Shown piece after piece: positions 11,661 to 24,000 of a stretch of DNA of 64,000 nucleotides. Origin of the DNA: Blepharisma stoltei ATCC 30299 (lineage: Eukaryota; Protista; Ciliophora). Where the stretch lies: the NCBI GenBank assembly GCA_965603825.1, contig CBFDEM010000008.1, positions 124,001 through 188,000 on the forward strand, given 5' to 3'. Position 1 is the first letter of the stretch. Each line of letters opens with the position of its first letter. The translations under genes and the position numbers were made by a program. The notes under the pieces are model-generated. The model was not told where the DNA came from. It searched no databases and saw only the letters and a list, made by a program, of their open reading frames with translations.

Positions 11661-13331
11661 ATGGCTTCTAATTTGAGAGTTTTAGCCACAGAGAGCTACC
11701 CAAATCTACCTAAAAATTTTACTTGTATTAGCAAAATTTTACCACGAGAACGTTCTTTTTATGTCAGCCTGGGCACTTCCCTCATCCAATCTATGATTCG
11801 TATTAAAGGAACTAGCTATGCTAATTTATACTGAAAAGGCTTACAAGATCGCTTCAAAGAAATGCAAATTCACGCTAAAGCCTACAATAATCAAGCCCTC
11901 TTCAACATATATATAACTTTGATTGATGTTTTAGCAGACCAAGACCGGTATACTGCTATTTATTGACTGACTTTTTATTTAAGCACAAACCAAGATAATG
12001 CAATTGGTGCAATCGAGGTAGGGACAAAGTGCTTAATGTGCGCTTGTCTGAGTTTTAAAACTTGGGAGTTTCCTATAATTTGGTCATCTCAGCCTTATGA
12101 TCTTACGACTAAAAAGATCTATTTAGAAAATCTGGCAAACTATTTAAGAGTTCATATTTTGTTAGCAAATGATAACAATTTTCAAATTTTCTGCAGTTCA
12201 GATAAAGCTACTGCTCCTTTAATAACTCTTTATTTAGAAAATTATTATGATTATAGCATCTTATACCATTCAGAAGCTTATGCCCTAGATAACAGCCCGG
12301 AAAATTTAGATACAAATAAATACCCATATCTTTATAGTCCTAGAATGGCTGATTCTAGGGTAGAATATCCTAAACCTGGAGGAGTAATCGATAGATATGA
12401 TTCTCCTGTAGAAGATCCAAAAGAAAAAATACCTCCTTTGATCACTGATTTTATCAAAGAAATAACCAAAACACTAACAAAAACAGCAAAAATCCCAAAC
12501 AAAGATAATTTACTCACTGTTACTGAAAAATTAATAGACAAATTTCCAGAAGATGAAAGCATCCTAAATTTACATCGTGCAATTTCAAAAATTCCTGACT
12601 GTAGCCATGAAATTACTTGGTACACCTCAAATTGCACCCAAGAGCATTGCTTAAAATGCTTATACGAAACAATTCAGTCATCTAAATTCAAAACCACAGA
12701 AATTCAATGCCCTTGCAATAAAAAAATAAGCTTAAAATGCAAAGATGAAATTATAGAAAAATATGCAGAAAAACCAGCTGCAAAAAAAGATTCTATTAAA
12801 AAATCTCCTATAACCTGGGAAAATGAAAATTTATATTCCTATGAAACACAATTCACAAAAACTCCAAAAAATATTAATGTAACTAATGAACCTTTTACTG
12901 AAAGAATAAGATCTGCAAGTGCAGGACTCAGTCCTCAACAAAAACTACAAAGGTCCAATATTGATTTTGAAGGCAGTTCAAGGCCTTTTAATATTAAAGC
13001 CACTGACGCTTCTCCAAAGCATTTTAATATAAAAAGATCAGAATCTGTTGTCACAAAATCTTGCATTTTAGAACCTGAAAAACCTTTTAATATAAAATTA
13101 AACGAACCAATAAAAGAGACTTTCAAAGACTGCGAAAATTGCAAAGAACAAAAAGAAGAAGACGAATTTAATACAGTGGTTTGTAATGGACATGAAATTT
13201 GCTCTTATTGCAGAGCAAAATCAAGAAAGGCAAGAGAATGCCCTATTTGTTTTAGAAAATACAGTGATTATGAGCTGAGCTTTATCAACGCTTTGGTTTG
13301 CAGCTTCCAAGAAAAAGGGATGCCTTGCTAA
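11661..13331 (+). CDS. Protein with degenerate otubain/OTU-like N-terminal domain and two RING-like Zn fingers, ~556 aa
   Basis: Frame open from ATG 11661 through two TGA=Trp into ORF 12036-13331. ERSFYVSLG, LANYLRVHILL and PLITLYL..YDYSILY recall otubain motifs. Cys patterns C..HCLKC..CPC and CENC..C.GHEICSYC..CPIC. Confidence 0.65.
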
Positions 13332-13453
13332 TTATATAATCTTTTTTATAAAAATATTTTGCTTATAAAATAAACATTTAGGATAGCAAATTAAGGCTTG
13401 ACTCGGGCGATGTTTTGTTCAAATCCTATCCTCGGCTTTAGTCTACATAATTT

Positions 13454-14953
13454 TTACAGTTTAATATTCGATTTTTTTCCGAAAACTTGTCTATGATTCA
13501 GCTGTGGTACTGGGGTGATGGCTTGTATATAGGCAAAATCTCCGTTTCTAACTTTTAAGTTGCTTTTCGAATTATGTCTTCCTTTGACCGAATAATGCAT
13601 TTTTCCATCCTCATGCTCAAAATAGGTCGGGCTAACATTTTGTCCTCTATCAATCTCAATTTGTTTTAAGCTTGGGATTTGTCGGCTTTCATTAAAATGC
13701 TTGGCCCCATTAAGGACTGGGATTTTTAAATCGCTTTTTTTTTTCTTAATTTCCTGATGTGATAAATTCGGGTATGTTTCTTCATCTCTTCTCAGCCTTA
13801 AATTCGGCAAAAAATTAGGCGGGGGAAGCTGATTTCTTTCTATTTCTTGGTCTTTTCCTGGGACAATTTCATCAGATTTTAAATTGATGCTTTTTGCGAT
13901 GTTTCTTTTTGGGGTCACATCTCTGACTGTCCGTGGGAGGGCTCCAGGCTCAGGGGACGAATGCTCGCTCATTGATTTTTTTAGGCTAAAATTATTTTCG
14001 GTATCGTCGTTAAATATTTCTAATAGTTCATGCTCAAATGAAGCTTTAAAAGAAGTCGAAAAATAATCATGCTTTAATAAGTCATCGCAAGTAAACCTAG
14101 ATTTTGGGTCAAAAACAAAGCAACCTTTTAAAAATGATACAACGTTGCTTGGAAATTCTTTGAATTTTGTTTCAAGAGTGACTATTTTTTTGGGCAAAGG
14201 AAGCTATATAAAAAATACCTCAACCCCTTCATATATTGGGTTTGTGCTAAAAGCATTAGACTGCTTATCTGACAAATTTCCGCCAATTATAGAAAGAATG
14301 TGTCGCAATGTATCAAAATCTGAATCCCCAGGAAAAATCGGAAGGCCAGTAAGCAGCTCTGCACAAATGCAGCCAATTGATCAGACATCTACCTCTTTTC
14401 CATACTCATTATCCCCTACAAGCAGCTCTGGAGCTCTATATCAGCGTGTGGACACATAGTCTGTGTATTTTCCGTTGAGGGTTGCCAGAACTCTGGCAAA
14501 GCCAAAATCGCAGAGCTTTAAAATTCCGTTTTGGGTTAATAGTAAATTTTCGGGCTTTATGTCTCGGTGAACAATATTGTGGGAGTGGCAATATTTTATA
14601 GCTGATACCAACTGATACATGATTTTTTTGACTTGAGTCTGACTTAAACCATTTTGATTTGTTTCGAGTTCCGACAAAATTGTGTTTTCAACATACTCGA
14701 ATACCAAGTATAAGTGTTTATTTCTTCGAAAAACCTCAAAAAGAGTAACGACATTATGGTGGCTTAGAGATTTCAAAATTCGGATTTCACGCATGGCGAT
14801 CTTCCTGATGGCTTGGTCTTCGTCACTTTCCTTGAATTTTTTTATAGCGTAATAAACTCCAGTTTCTTTATGCCTTGCCTTGAATACTGTTCCATAGGTT
14901 CTGTATAAGAAATACCCTTCTCCTATGATCTCGATAGTTTCATACTTATCCAT
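13454..14953 (-). CDS. Cyclin-dependent kinase-like (CDKL family) kinase with one 15-nt intron
   Basis: MDKYE..IGEG|TYG after splicing; [33 protein letters not shown] activation loop. TGA=Trp in VSTR-W-YRAPE (14441) and DV-W-SIG (14381). Confidence 0.93.
14901..14915 (-). other. 15-nt spliceosomal intron
   Basis: GTATTTCTTATACAG; removal converts [11 protein letters not shown] into the canonical GEGTYG glycine loop. Confidence 0.9.
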
Positions 14954-15439
14954 CTTAAAAATTAATCTGTAATGAATCAAATTTGGATTAGAAGGAGCTT
15001 GGACTAAGATTTTTACGAAAATATATAATAGATTGGACAATTTTCTATGAGAGAGGAAATCTAAAAGTCTTTGAATACCAGAAATTGGTAGATTACATAT
15101 GGATTTTTAATAAATTATATATTTTGATGCTGATTACTTAAAATTCTAATGGAAAAATATATGCTTAAAAATAATCATTTTTATTATAAGCAGAGTACTG
15201 AGCGACAGAATAAATATTTTTTTTATGGCTTGGATATTAAAATTGGCCGATTTTTAGAAATTTTCAATCTAAAATTTATTTTAAACAGGCCATAAGTTTC
15301 AATAAATTTCACTTCAAGCCAGCAAAAGCTATTTTAAGTCCACAAATAATAAACAATTTATGCTTTGTTATTTTTATAACTAATTAAACTTAGCCTAGAG
15401 AACTTAATTTTTTGACATTTATAGTGGCTTATAATAAAT

Positions 15440-15517
15440 ATGAGGGACAAGTGGAGGAAGAAAAGGATGAGACGTCTCAAAAGAAAGCGCCGAAAGATGA
15501 GACAAAAGGCTAAATAA
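15440..15517 (+). CDS. RPL41: Ribosomal protein eL41 (L41), 25 aa, below the ORF-track cutoff
   Basis: Translates MRDKWRKKRMRRLKRKRRKMRQKAK-stop, nearly identical to the canonical eL41. Confidence 0.95.
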   Translation: MRDKWRKKRMRRLKRKRRKMRQKAK

Positions 15518-15702
15518 GCCCTTAACTAATTTCACAGACTTTCCAGCCTAATATTCTAGCATTCTAAGCTTCTAATTGTTTCACCTGGACTTGCTCCAGC
15601 ACCTAAAAAATCTTAAGTTTTCCTTTTAATATAAAGCTGCGGCTGGTGCCTTGTCTGCATCCCTTAATTTTCTTATTCATCCATATCAGTTATTGTTTAA
15701 AA

Positions 15703-18345
15703 ATGTCACTAGACCCTTCAAGAACAGACCAAAGCCCTCTCAAACCAAAAGGAGGCGAAGAAGATTTCGAATCACGAGACTTCCAAGAGCTTGAAAGTGA
15801 ATTCCAAGCTGTTTTGCGCGAAATTGGAGGCGATAAGCAGCTTGAACATTTCAGACGAGAATATGAAAAACTTCATCGAGCACTTAAAAATTCGCACGAA
15901 AATGAGAAAAAATTGATTAAAAAATGCCAAGAACTGAACCAACAAATCACAGAAAGCACCCTAAAAGTACAGCTAGCCCTAAAATTGAGCCAAGAAGAAA
16001 ACGAAAATATTAGAGCTTTTCAGGCCGATTTAGATCGAGCTGTAAAAACATTGGAAGCTTTTAGGGAAAAAGAAGAAAAAGCTAAAAAAACTATACAAGA
16101 TTTAAGGGAACATATAGAGCACTTAGGACAAATCGTGGAACAAGGGTCAGGACTTGCAGTAGGACAAGACAGCACTGTAAACGAGCTGCTAAGAGCTAAG
16201 GACGAGCTGAAAAGAGAAGTGGATATCGGAAACGACCAAATTTCCACTGCCCAAAAAGAGCATGCAGAATTACTTGATAAACTCCAAAAACTCGAAATTT
16301 CCCGACAAACCTACAAAGACGAAATTGCTGCTTGTAACACCCAAATTGCCGAAATCAAAGAACTAATGCAAGCTGAAAACAAAAAAAAACTCGACACAGA
16401 AACCGCCTTAAATGAAGAAAAAGGTGTTTTTGATGGCATTTTAGAAAGAATCCAGCAAAAAGACAACCAATTAAAAGCCCTTGTAGAAGAAAAAAGCAAC
16501 ATTCAGAAAGAAATCAAAAAAGTTGAAGACCAGCTACAAGAAAAAGGCTACGGGCTCCAACAAGCCCAAAAAGAACTTAGCGCGGCTGAGGAGAAAAAAG
16601 TCCACCAAGAAATTGTCAGAGAAAACATATTAAGAGGAAATTCTCAGCTAGAAGAAGACGTAGAACAGGCCAGAAAAGATGCAGAAATCTTACAAGACGA
16701 GCAGGAAAAGCTGAAAAGGGAGCTTATTTCGCAGAATAAAAGGCATGAAAGCTTGTTTACAGAACGAAAAGAAGCAGAGCTGCTTAAAGACAAAGCAAGA
16801 GAGTATATGCACGAGCTTATAAAGGAAAGTGACGCACTCAGGAAAGCGACTGAGGCTGACCAAAATTTAATAGAAAACTTAAAAAGAGAAAGAGACATGA
16901 TCATGAAAACCATTATGAGGGCTCGAGATAATATCAGAATGCAAGAAGATACAGCAATTACTATGGATAATAATAGGAAAAAGGTAGAAAATGAAATTAA
17001 AAAATATTCAAAAGACATTAAAAAGCTTAAAGATAAAGTTTGGCAGCTACAAAAAGAACAAGAAAGATATGGAATTGAGAAGTCGCAAGCCTATGCTAAA
17101 TATTCTCAATGTCTTGAAGAAGTAAAACTCTGTAATTCAGTCATTGCAGAGCTCCAAAAGAAAAATGTGGAAGCTGAAGCCAAGCTAAAACAGCAGCAAA
17201 ATTTATATGAAGCTGTCAGATCTGATAGAAATTTATATTCTAAAAATCTCATAGAAAGCCATGAAGAAATTGAAGAGCTCGATAAAAAGAAAAAAATCAT
17301 GCTTCACCAAATAAACCAGCTTAAAGAAGAAATTGCTGTCAAAGACACTGAATTAATCCAAGAAAATAAACGTGTCGGGACCTTAGAAAAATCCATGCAC
17401 GAAGCCGAGGAGAAAAAAAATGAGCTGATTGCTACACAAGATAAGCTTGAAGAGGTCATAAGGGAATGTGAAAGAGAAATCCAAAGGCTTAAATACGTGA
17501 TTACTGAAGTAGAACAAGAAAAATTAAAACAGCAAAAAGAGCTAGAACTGGTCACAAATGAAAGGGATATTTTAGGGACTCAGCTGATAAGGAGAAAAGA
17601 AGAGCTTGAACTTTTGTATGAAAAAATAAAAATTTTTACATCAACATTGAAAAAAGGGGAAGAGCAGTACAAGCAGAGGCTGGGGGATATTGATATATTA
17701 AAGATAAGGATTGCAGAATTAAAACAAAAATTATCGTCTACTAAAAAAGAAGCCGCCGCTGTTTTTGATCTTAAAAAAGAAAATTATTATTTAGAAAGAG
17801 AGCTATTAGAAGAAAAAGTCAAAGTAAAAGCCCTCAGTGAAGAAGTCGAAAATACCATGAATGTCCATAGGTGGCGAAAACTTGAAGGCACTGAACCAGA
17901 AGTCTATGAGCTTATCACAAAAATCCAAACCCTCCAAAGGAGGCTGATTTCCAAAACTGAAGAAGTCGTTATAAAAAATTCCAACCTTGACAAGCTAGAA
18001 AAAGAATACGAAAAATTAAAAGCGTCCTTAGCCAGACACCCAGGCCCAGAAAGCGCTGAAAAAATCCAGGAATGTAGGAATATCCTTGAAGAAAAGAAAA
18101 GCCAAATGGACAGTATGGAGCAAGAACTTGGGCTATATCAAGCACAGTCTAATCAGTATAAATATGAAATTGATAGATTGACCAGAGAGCTGCAAGAAGT
18201 CAAGAAAAATTATTTTACGACGAAAAAGAGGGAACAGCTGATTAAGGAGAGACAGCTGAAAGATGAAGGAAAGGATAAGCCTGTCATTGTAAGAAATCCT
18301 CCTCCGCAGAGATTTACAGGTGGAGGATTTAATTTAGCAATTTAA
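15703..18345 (+). CDS. CFAP58: Cilia- and flagella-associated protein 58 (CCDC147-like coiled coil), 880 aa
   Basis: LEHFRREYEKLHRALKNSHENEKKL, LKQQQNLYEAVRSDRNLYSKNLIE, ERDILGTQLIRR, NVHRWRKLEG, terminal RFTGGGF. Confidence 0.88.
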   Translation: MSLDPSRTDQSPLKPKGGEEDFESRDFQELESEFQAVLREIGGDKQLEHFRREYEKLHRALKNSHENEKKLIKKCQELNQQITESTLKVQLALKLSQEENENIRAFQADLDRAVKTLEAFREKEEKAKKTIQDLREHIEHLGQIVEQGSGLAVGQDSTVNELLRAKDELKREVDIGNDQISTAQKEHAELLDKLQKLEISRQTYKDEIAACNTQIAEIKELMQAENKKKLDTETALNEEKGVFDGILERIQQKDNQLKALVEEKSNIQKEIKKVEDQLQEKGYGLQQAQKELSAAEEKKVHQEIVRENILRGNSQLEEDVEQARKDAEILQDEQEKLKRELISQNKRHESLFTERKEAELLKDKAREYMHELIKESDALRKATEADQNLIENLKRERDMIMKTIMRARDNIRMQEDTAITMDNNRKKVENEIKKYSKDIKKLKDKVWQLQKEQERYGIEKSQAYAKYSQCLEEVKLCNSVIAELQKKNVEAEAKLKQQQNLYEAVRSDRNLYSKNLIESHEEIEELDKKKKIMLHQINQLKEEIAVKDTELIQENKRVGTLEKSMHEAEEKKNELIATQDKLEEVIRECEREIQRLKYVITEVEQEKLKQQKELELVTNERDILGTQLIRRKEELELLYEKIKIFTSTLKKGEEQYKQRLGDIDILKIRIAELKQKLSSTKKEAAAVFDLKKENYYLERELLEEKVKVKALSEEVENTMNVHRWRKLEGTEPEVYELITKIQTLQRRLISKTEEVVIKNSNLDKLEKEYEKLKASLARHPGPESAEKIQECRNILEEKKSQMDSMEQELGLYQAQSNQYKYEIDRLTRELQEVKKNYFTTKKREQLIKERQLKDEGKDKPVIVRNPPPQRFTGGGFNLAI

Positions 18346-18453
18346 ATAACAGTTTTAATATAAAGGTAGCTGTTTATTTTATTAATTTAATTAAAAAGGA
18401 ATTTTTAGTATGTTACTGGCTTCCACAACTTAAAAATTTTCATATTATTTATA

Positions 18454-19659
18454 ATGAATTCAACTCAACCAAATCCAACCCAACGGAAAACGGTTCTTCT
18501 CCGTCCTAAAACAGCCCTCCCCAAAAAGAACTCTCTTGGTGAAGCCAGCCCAGACTACAACACTGTCTTTAACTTATCTAAAGACGAAGAAGAACTCATC
18601 GGGTTCAAAAAATGAAGCCAAGATTATTATCTAAATCCTAAAGAAAACAAAGGCAGCTTTAAAAGCAGCACCCTCGGTAGCCTAAATACCTACCCCATAA
18701 TAAACCCCACTATGAAAGATCTCCGTCCTCAAATCACTATAAACGCTTATTCGTTATTTAATGCAATCGCTCAGTCTGATATTTCAGATAATAAGACACA
18801 TCACAAAACAAATTCTAACACAGAAAAAGAATTGCGATTAATTACAAAAAATAAATCCCCAGACTCTATATATAGACTGACCACCGAGTCATTACTTGCC
18901 TATAAATTCCAAAATCCTGATAAAAAAATCACTATCCCACCTAGACCTAAAACAGCCAGTAGGGTGCCTAAACAGCCTGAATTTGTAGAGTTTTATGAAG
19001 AAGACCATGAGAAATCCTGAGAAGACACTGTAAAAACCATTGTTCAGGCATCAAAAGAAGAACTTTTGAAACGGAAAAATTCGCAGCCTGAAAGTATGAC
19101 GACCAATACAGAGCTGTCGACTAGAAGAATGGAACAAATTTACGAAAAAACTGAGCCGAGAATTGGAGGAAAAAGAGTTATTATGTCAATTTCTAAAGAA
19201 AACCATCATATAGAGCCTGAAGAGCCTAGAAGAATGTCCCAAACAGCCTCTCAGCCTGCAATTTCAGCAAAAAAAGACATATCCCCTATGACGAGGTTCA
19301 CTTGTATAAAAAATGGGAATAAATTTTTGTGTGCTTATGAGCCTCCTGCCATTGAGCCAAAACCTGCAATTAGGCCTTTTTCTGCTTATAAGAAAAGGTC
19401 ACAGTCTAATAAAGAGCTGCCAAAACAGAATATAAAAGCTTCACAAGGGGCTGCGTTTTGGTACTCATCGACATTAACTGCTCCATTCGGACAGCCTATA
19501 AGAGGTAAAAAAATGAAGGACACTTCAGATTTTGGGGTCATGTTCAGGCCTGATTTTTTAAAAACTGGGCAAGTTTCAAGGCTTCAAGAGAAGTTTAAAG
19601 AAATTTCGACAGCTTCTCTAAAAAGGATAAGATTTTTGAAAGCTGGCTTGCATAAATAA
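18454..19659 (+). CDS. Hypothetical basic, largely disordered protein with RPKTA/RPFSA motifs, ~401 aa
   Basis: Single frame from ATG 18454 via TGA at 18613 and 19018 to TAA 19659. Confidence 0.7.
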
Positions 19660-19662
19660 CTT

Positions 19663-19670
19663 ATTCCCGC
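19663..19670 (+). promoter_or_regulatory. E2F-like site ATTCCCGC in the 25-nt spacer before the primase gene
   Basis: Near-match to TTTSSCGC, 14 nt upstream of the ATG of a DNA-replication gene. Confidence 0.4.
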
Positions 19671-19684
19671 TAAATTAATAAAAT

Positions 19685-20974
19685 ATGGACAACCCCAAAC
19701 CCGCGCAAGGCAATCATCAAAAATATCTCACCCATCTTCCTCTATTCTATGAAGATCCTGTCGACGAAGTCGACATAATCGAGCTTGAAGAAATCACAAG
19801 GAAAAGAGTTGATTTACTTAAAAAAGTTGAGCTAAATATGCTTGAGAAAATGAATCTGAAATACATAAGCATTGACCCACTTTTCACAGAGAAATATAAT
19901 GATAGAGAGAAAGAATTCAGGGATAAGGCTTCTCATTTTATGCTAAAATTGGCTTATTGTAGTCATGCTGAAGAAGGGAAATGGTGGGTCAATATGGAGA
20001 CTGCGCTATTCAAAATGAGACTCAATAATATGACTAATCCAAGTGAAGTCTTAAGGCAGGCAAATATCAGTTTTGAAATTAAAACTTCTGCAGATATTGA
20101 GTGCCCGTTACCAGAAGATAAAGAAGCTATAGGGAACGGGATAAGATACAAGGTCCCTCTCAGTTTAAGCGCCTGCATATTAAAACTTGGCTATTTTCCT
20201 ATAAAAGGCTTTTGTTATGTCACTAGAGAACACATAATTGATGTTATTGCTGATTTATTTAGACAAGGATGTGATTTAGCTTTAAAAGAAGCTTCCAAAA
20301 ACATTATTACAGATGAAAGACTGAAATCTATTATCAATAGAATTACAAACCCAGATGCTGATAATGTGTATGAAAATAAAGCACCTAAAGAAAAATTTGT
20401 GACCTTAGAAAACCTTGATATGATGGCCCATAACCATTTTCCACCCTGCATGAAAAGGCTTTTCAGCAATATAAAAACTAATCATCACTTAAAGCATTTT
20501 GGAAGGCTTCAGTTTGGACTTTTCTTAAAAGGGGTCGGATTAAGCTTAGACGACTCTTTGAAGTTTTGGAGGACTGAATTTTGTAATAAAATGACAGTGG
20601 AGAAGTTTTCAAAAGAATACGAGTATAGCATTAAGCATTCATATGGAAAAGCTGGAAAAATGGCTGATTATACACCTTGGGGCTGCAGGAAGATTATACA
20701 CTTCCCTAATCCAAGTGATGGAGAATTCCATGGGTGTCCTTTCAGACATGCTGCTAGAGGGGAGCTGCTGAGGATTCTAAACTCTTATGGGATCAATGAA
20801 GAGACAAAAGCATCAATCATGCAGAAGTTCCCTAATGAGCCTGAAAGGTCCTGCATCAGTCTTTTTAAAGCTACCCATGATAACACTCCTCCAGACCTTC
20901 TCGAGCATGTAGGCCGACACCCCAATTCCTACTTTGACGCGTCAATCAAGTATCATAACTTAGCCGGAAGGTAA
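19685..20974 (+). CDS. PRIM2: DNA primase large subunit, 429 aa
   Basis: DKASHFMLKLAYC, HFPPCM, HHLKHFGRLQFGLFLKGVGL, YSIKHSYGKAG..DYTPWGC, HGCPF, HPNSYF (Fe-S domain). Confidence 0.95.
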   Translation: MDNPKPAQGNHQKYLTHLPLFYEDPVDEVDIIELEEITRKRVDLLKKVELNMLEKMNLKYISIDPLFTEKYNDREKEFRDKASHFMLKLAYCSHAEEGKWWVNMETALFKMRLNNMTNPSEVLRQANISFEIKTSADIECPLPEDKEAIGNGIRYKVPLSLSACILKLGYFPIKGFCYVTREHIIDVIADLFRQGCDLALKEASKNIITDERLKSIINRITNPDADNVYENKAPKEKFVTLENLDMMAHNHFPPCMKRLFSNIKTNHHLKHFGRLQFGLFLKGVGLSLDDSLKFWRTEFCNKMTVEKFSKEYEYSIKHSYGKAGKMADYTPWGCRKIIHFPNPSDGEFHGCPFRHAARGELLRILNSYGINEETKASIMQKFPNEPERSCISLFKATHDNTPPDLLEHVGRHPNSYFDASIKYHNLAGR

Positions 20975-21039
20975 ATATTTATTAATTAACATGGTAAAAT
21001 TTTTTATAATAACTCACAGAAACTGAATAAGTAATTTAA

Positions 21040-24000
21040 ATGGAAGAAGAACCCAAAATAAACTCATTTGACATGATAAAAGAACTCCACGAAGAGCACA
21101 AATCTCCTTTCGAAAACTCAGAAATCGAAGAAATGCAGAAAAAGCTTAAAATCTCCAGAAAAAAGCAAGAAGACTTTAAATATAAAAGCGTGCTAAGCCA
21201 AGAGCTTATGCAAGAACTTAAGCAAAAGTTCCAAAACTCGTTGAACAAGCTGAACAGCATAGACACTCGTGATGTGGCTACCAGAGAAGTTCGGCTTTTA
21301 ATTGAGAGAAACAGTTCAATGGAAGCATTAAAAATTTATATAGGCTGCTTAAGTGAACACAGAAAAGCCAAAAGTCCTTTGGCAAGAGAACAAGAAGTAC
21401 TATTGCTAGGGTATATAAGCCAGGTATATGAAGATAGGCTTATTGAGGACAAAAACAGCCCTTTGAGGATACTGGTTAGGCTTGCTGAGATAATTCAGAT
21501 GTATTTTAAAGATTTAAATAGAAAAGTCCATGAAGCTGCAGCTATTTCTATGTGTATGATATACAAATTTTCCCTCCCCAAAAATTCACAACAAATAGTG
21601 TTTACCTTCATGTTTGAGCCTTTAAATAGCATTTTATTATCAGGAATTGACGTCCAAGCTCAGCAAGCAGCAGCTTTAGTGATTTTTAAATGGGCCGAAT
21701 TATTAGTTCAAGAAAAAGATATAGAAATTTTATATGAACTTTTACAGAGGACTATTGGGCTATTTCTGAAACTAAGAGCTGATTTTGCAGATTTAGTCAG
21801 TGCTATAGGACTTATGATAGAAACTATAGGTTTTCAGGCTATAACAGAAAGTATAATACTACTGCTAAGCAAGCTGATACAGTATTTAAAATGTACAAGC
21901 AATTATGGACATTTATTGAAAATTGAAGCCTGCCGCTTATTGTACTTCATTTCTGTATATTTAAGAGAAAATGGCGGATTTGAGCTAGAACAAGTCTTTT
22001 TTGACGTAATAAATGCCCTAAAAGATGTCAGGACTGACAAATTGCCATTAGTCCAAACTTCTGCGAGAGAAGCTTTAAAGGGCTGAGAACTCCTAATTTC
22101 TGAGCCCAAAATTTTAAAAAAATCAGATCTAAAAGACAGCATTGAATTGCCACAAATAAAGCAGCAACCAAAATCAATTTTTCCGAACCATTTCAAAAAT
22201 ATTCGAAATTTAGTAAAAATCCAAAAAGAAAAATCCCAAAAAGCAAATTTTCCTATAGTTGAAAAAGGCCAAAAATGAGGAATTTCAAAGCATGGGTTTC
22301 TTAAAAGAGGGTCAGGACAATTTTCATATATTGAGTCTGAAGGGGTAGTCGATATAAATAGAGCCTTAGATAAAAGGCCAAGCGTAAAAGAATATTTACA
22401 AAAAAGGATAAATTCAGCCCCGCCAAGAGAAAGTGTTGAAATTTTATTTAAAAAAGACCATCAGTTAAGTGTGTATAAAAGACATGAAGCTATCCAGGAA
22501 GAAAACATGGACTTATTTGTGGAGGAAAAAATAGCTGGCGATGAAAGAGTAGCTCCATGGAAAAAAGAAGAAGAAAATAAATTCGAAAAACCGATAGAAT
22601 CGGGAAATAATTTAAAAAATAGTGGAGAATTTATTATAAGGAAAAAAACTGTGCCTAAAGTACCGGCTACGTTAACTGGGGAAGAAAATCCAAAGGAGCC
22701 ACAAGAGGTTTATTTTTTGCATGAAAGGCAAGAGTCTCAGTTTGTGAGCCCTGATGGGTATCAAAAAATGAAGTCACAAAATTCAATTTCAGAATTCAAG
22801 CCAACTCCAAGCTCCTTGTTAACACATTCAGTTGAGCTGAAAAGCAGTTTAGATGGAGACAGCAAGCTAAAAAATCCTCAAGTTACTCCAGATAGTTCTA
22901 TTTCATATAGTAAATCTGATATAAAAGAAAAAATTGACAGCAGATCAGCTAAAGAAAGCAGTCAAGAACTAGAAAAAAAACCATTAAAAAATGAAATAAA
23001 TGTAAAAGAAAGCCTAAGTTCTCCTAGATCAGTGAACCTAGAATCTATTAAAAAAGCAAATCCTGATACAGGCTTGAGAGCTATTAAGTTTGAAGATCCA
23101 CCTATACAAAATGAAGAAATTGGCTCACAAATCTCTAGAGATAATCAATTGCCAATAGAAAAAGCCAAAATAAATGCAGGACTAATATGAAAAGCTTCAG
23201 GCAATCAAAATTCATCAGAAAAAATTCAGCAAATCGAGTATTTTAAACCTGCACCCAAAGCAAAAAAACTGGAAATACAGCAGCAAAGCCAAATATTTAA
23301 TTATATTCCTAAAAAACAGGAAAATAAGCAAAAAGATAATAGGCAAGCTGCTGATGGTCTAAAAAACTCAAAAATAAAAGAAAATATAGAATTTTCCCAA
23401 CAATTTATTGACTCTTTAGAAAATATTGAAAAATTTGAGCTGAAAAAATCTTTTATCCACCCTGCTCAATCCGATAATGAAAATATAACTAATTTTAATG
23501 AAGCTTTTAAAAAAAGCTGCTATGAGCTCCAAGGCCAAATGGAACAAGATTTCGATCTTATGGCTAATAAACTTGGCCAAATTGAAGGAAGAATCGATTC
23601 AGCTCAAGAAGCCCTTTATCTTTTATCAGCTTATAATGAATTATCTAGCAAAGAAGAAGAAATTATCGAAAAAACAAGCCCAAAAGCTATGTGGACCCAA
23701 ACGTTAATAAGCACAGAAATCCAGACCTCTTTTATAAATCATTATAAAGAAGAAAACAAGGCAAAAATTTCTCACAAAAATTCTTTAAGTAGTCAAAATT
23801 CAAATAAATCTATACAAGTAGAACCTACAGAATTTTCTATAGAAAATAAAAACCCTCAAGATATTTTAGCCCGCACATGAAGCAGCACTATTAAGAATTT
23901 AGATGCTAAAAATGTGAATACAGCTTATAAGTCGATTTTAGACACAGGAGACGATATTTATTTATTGCGGCTTATGCATAAAACAGGCCCATGTTTGCGA

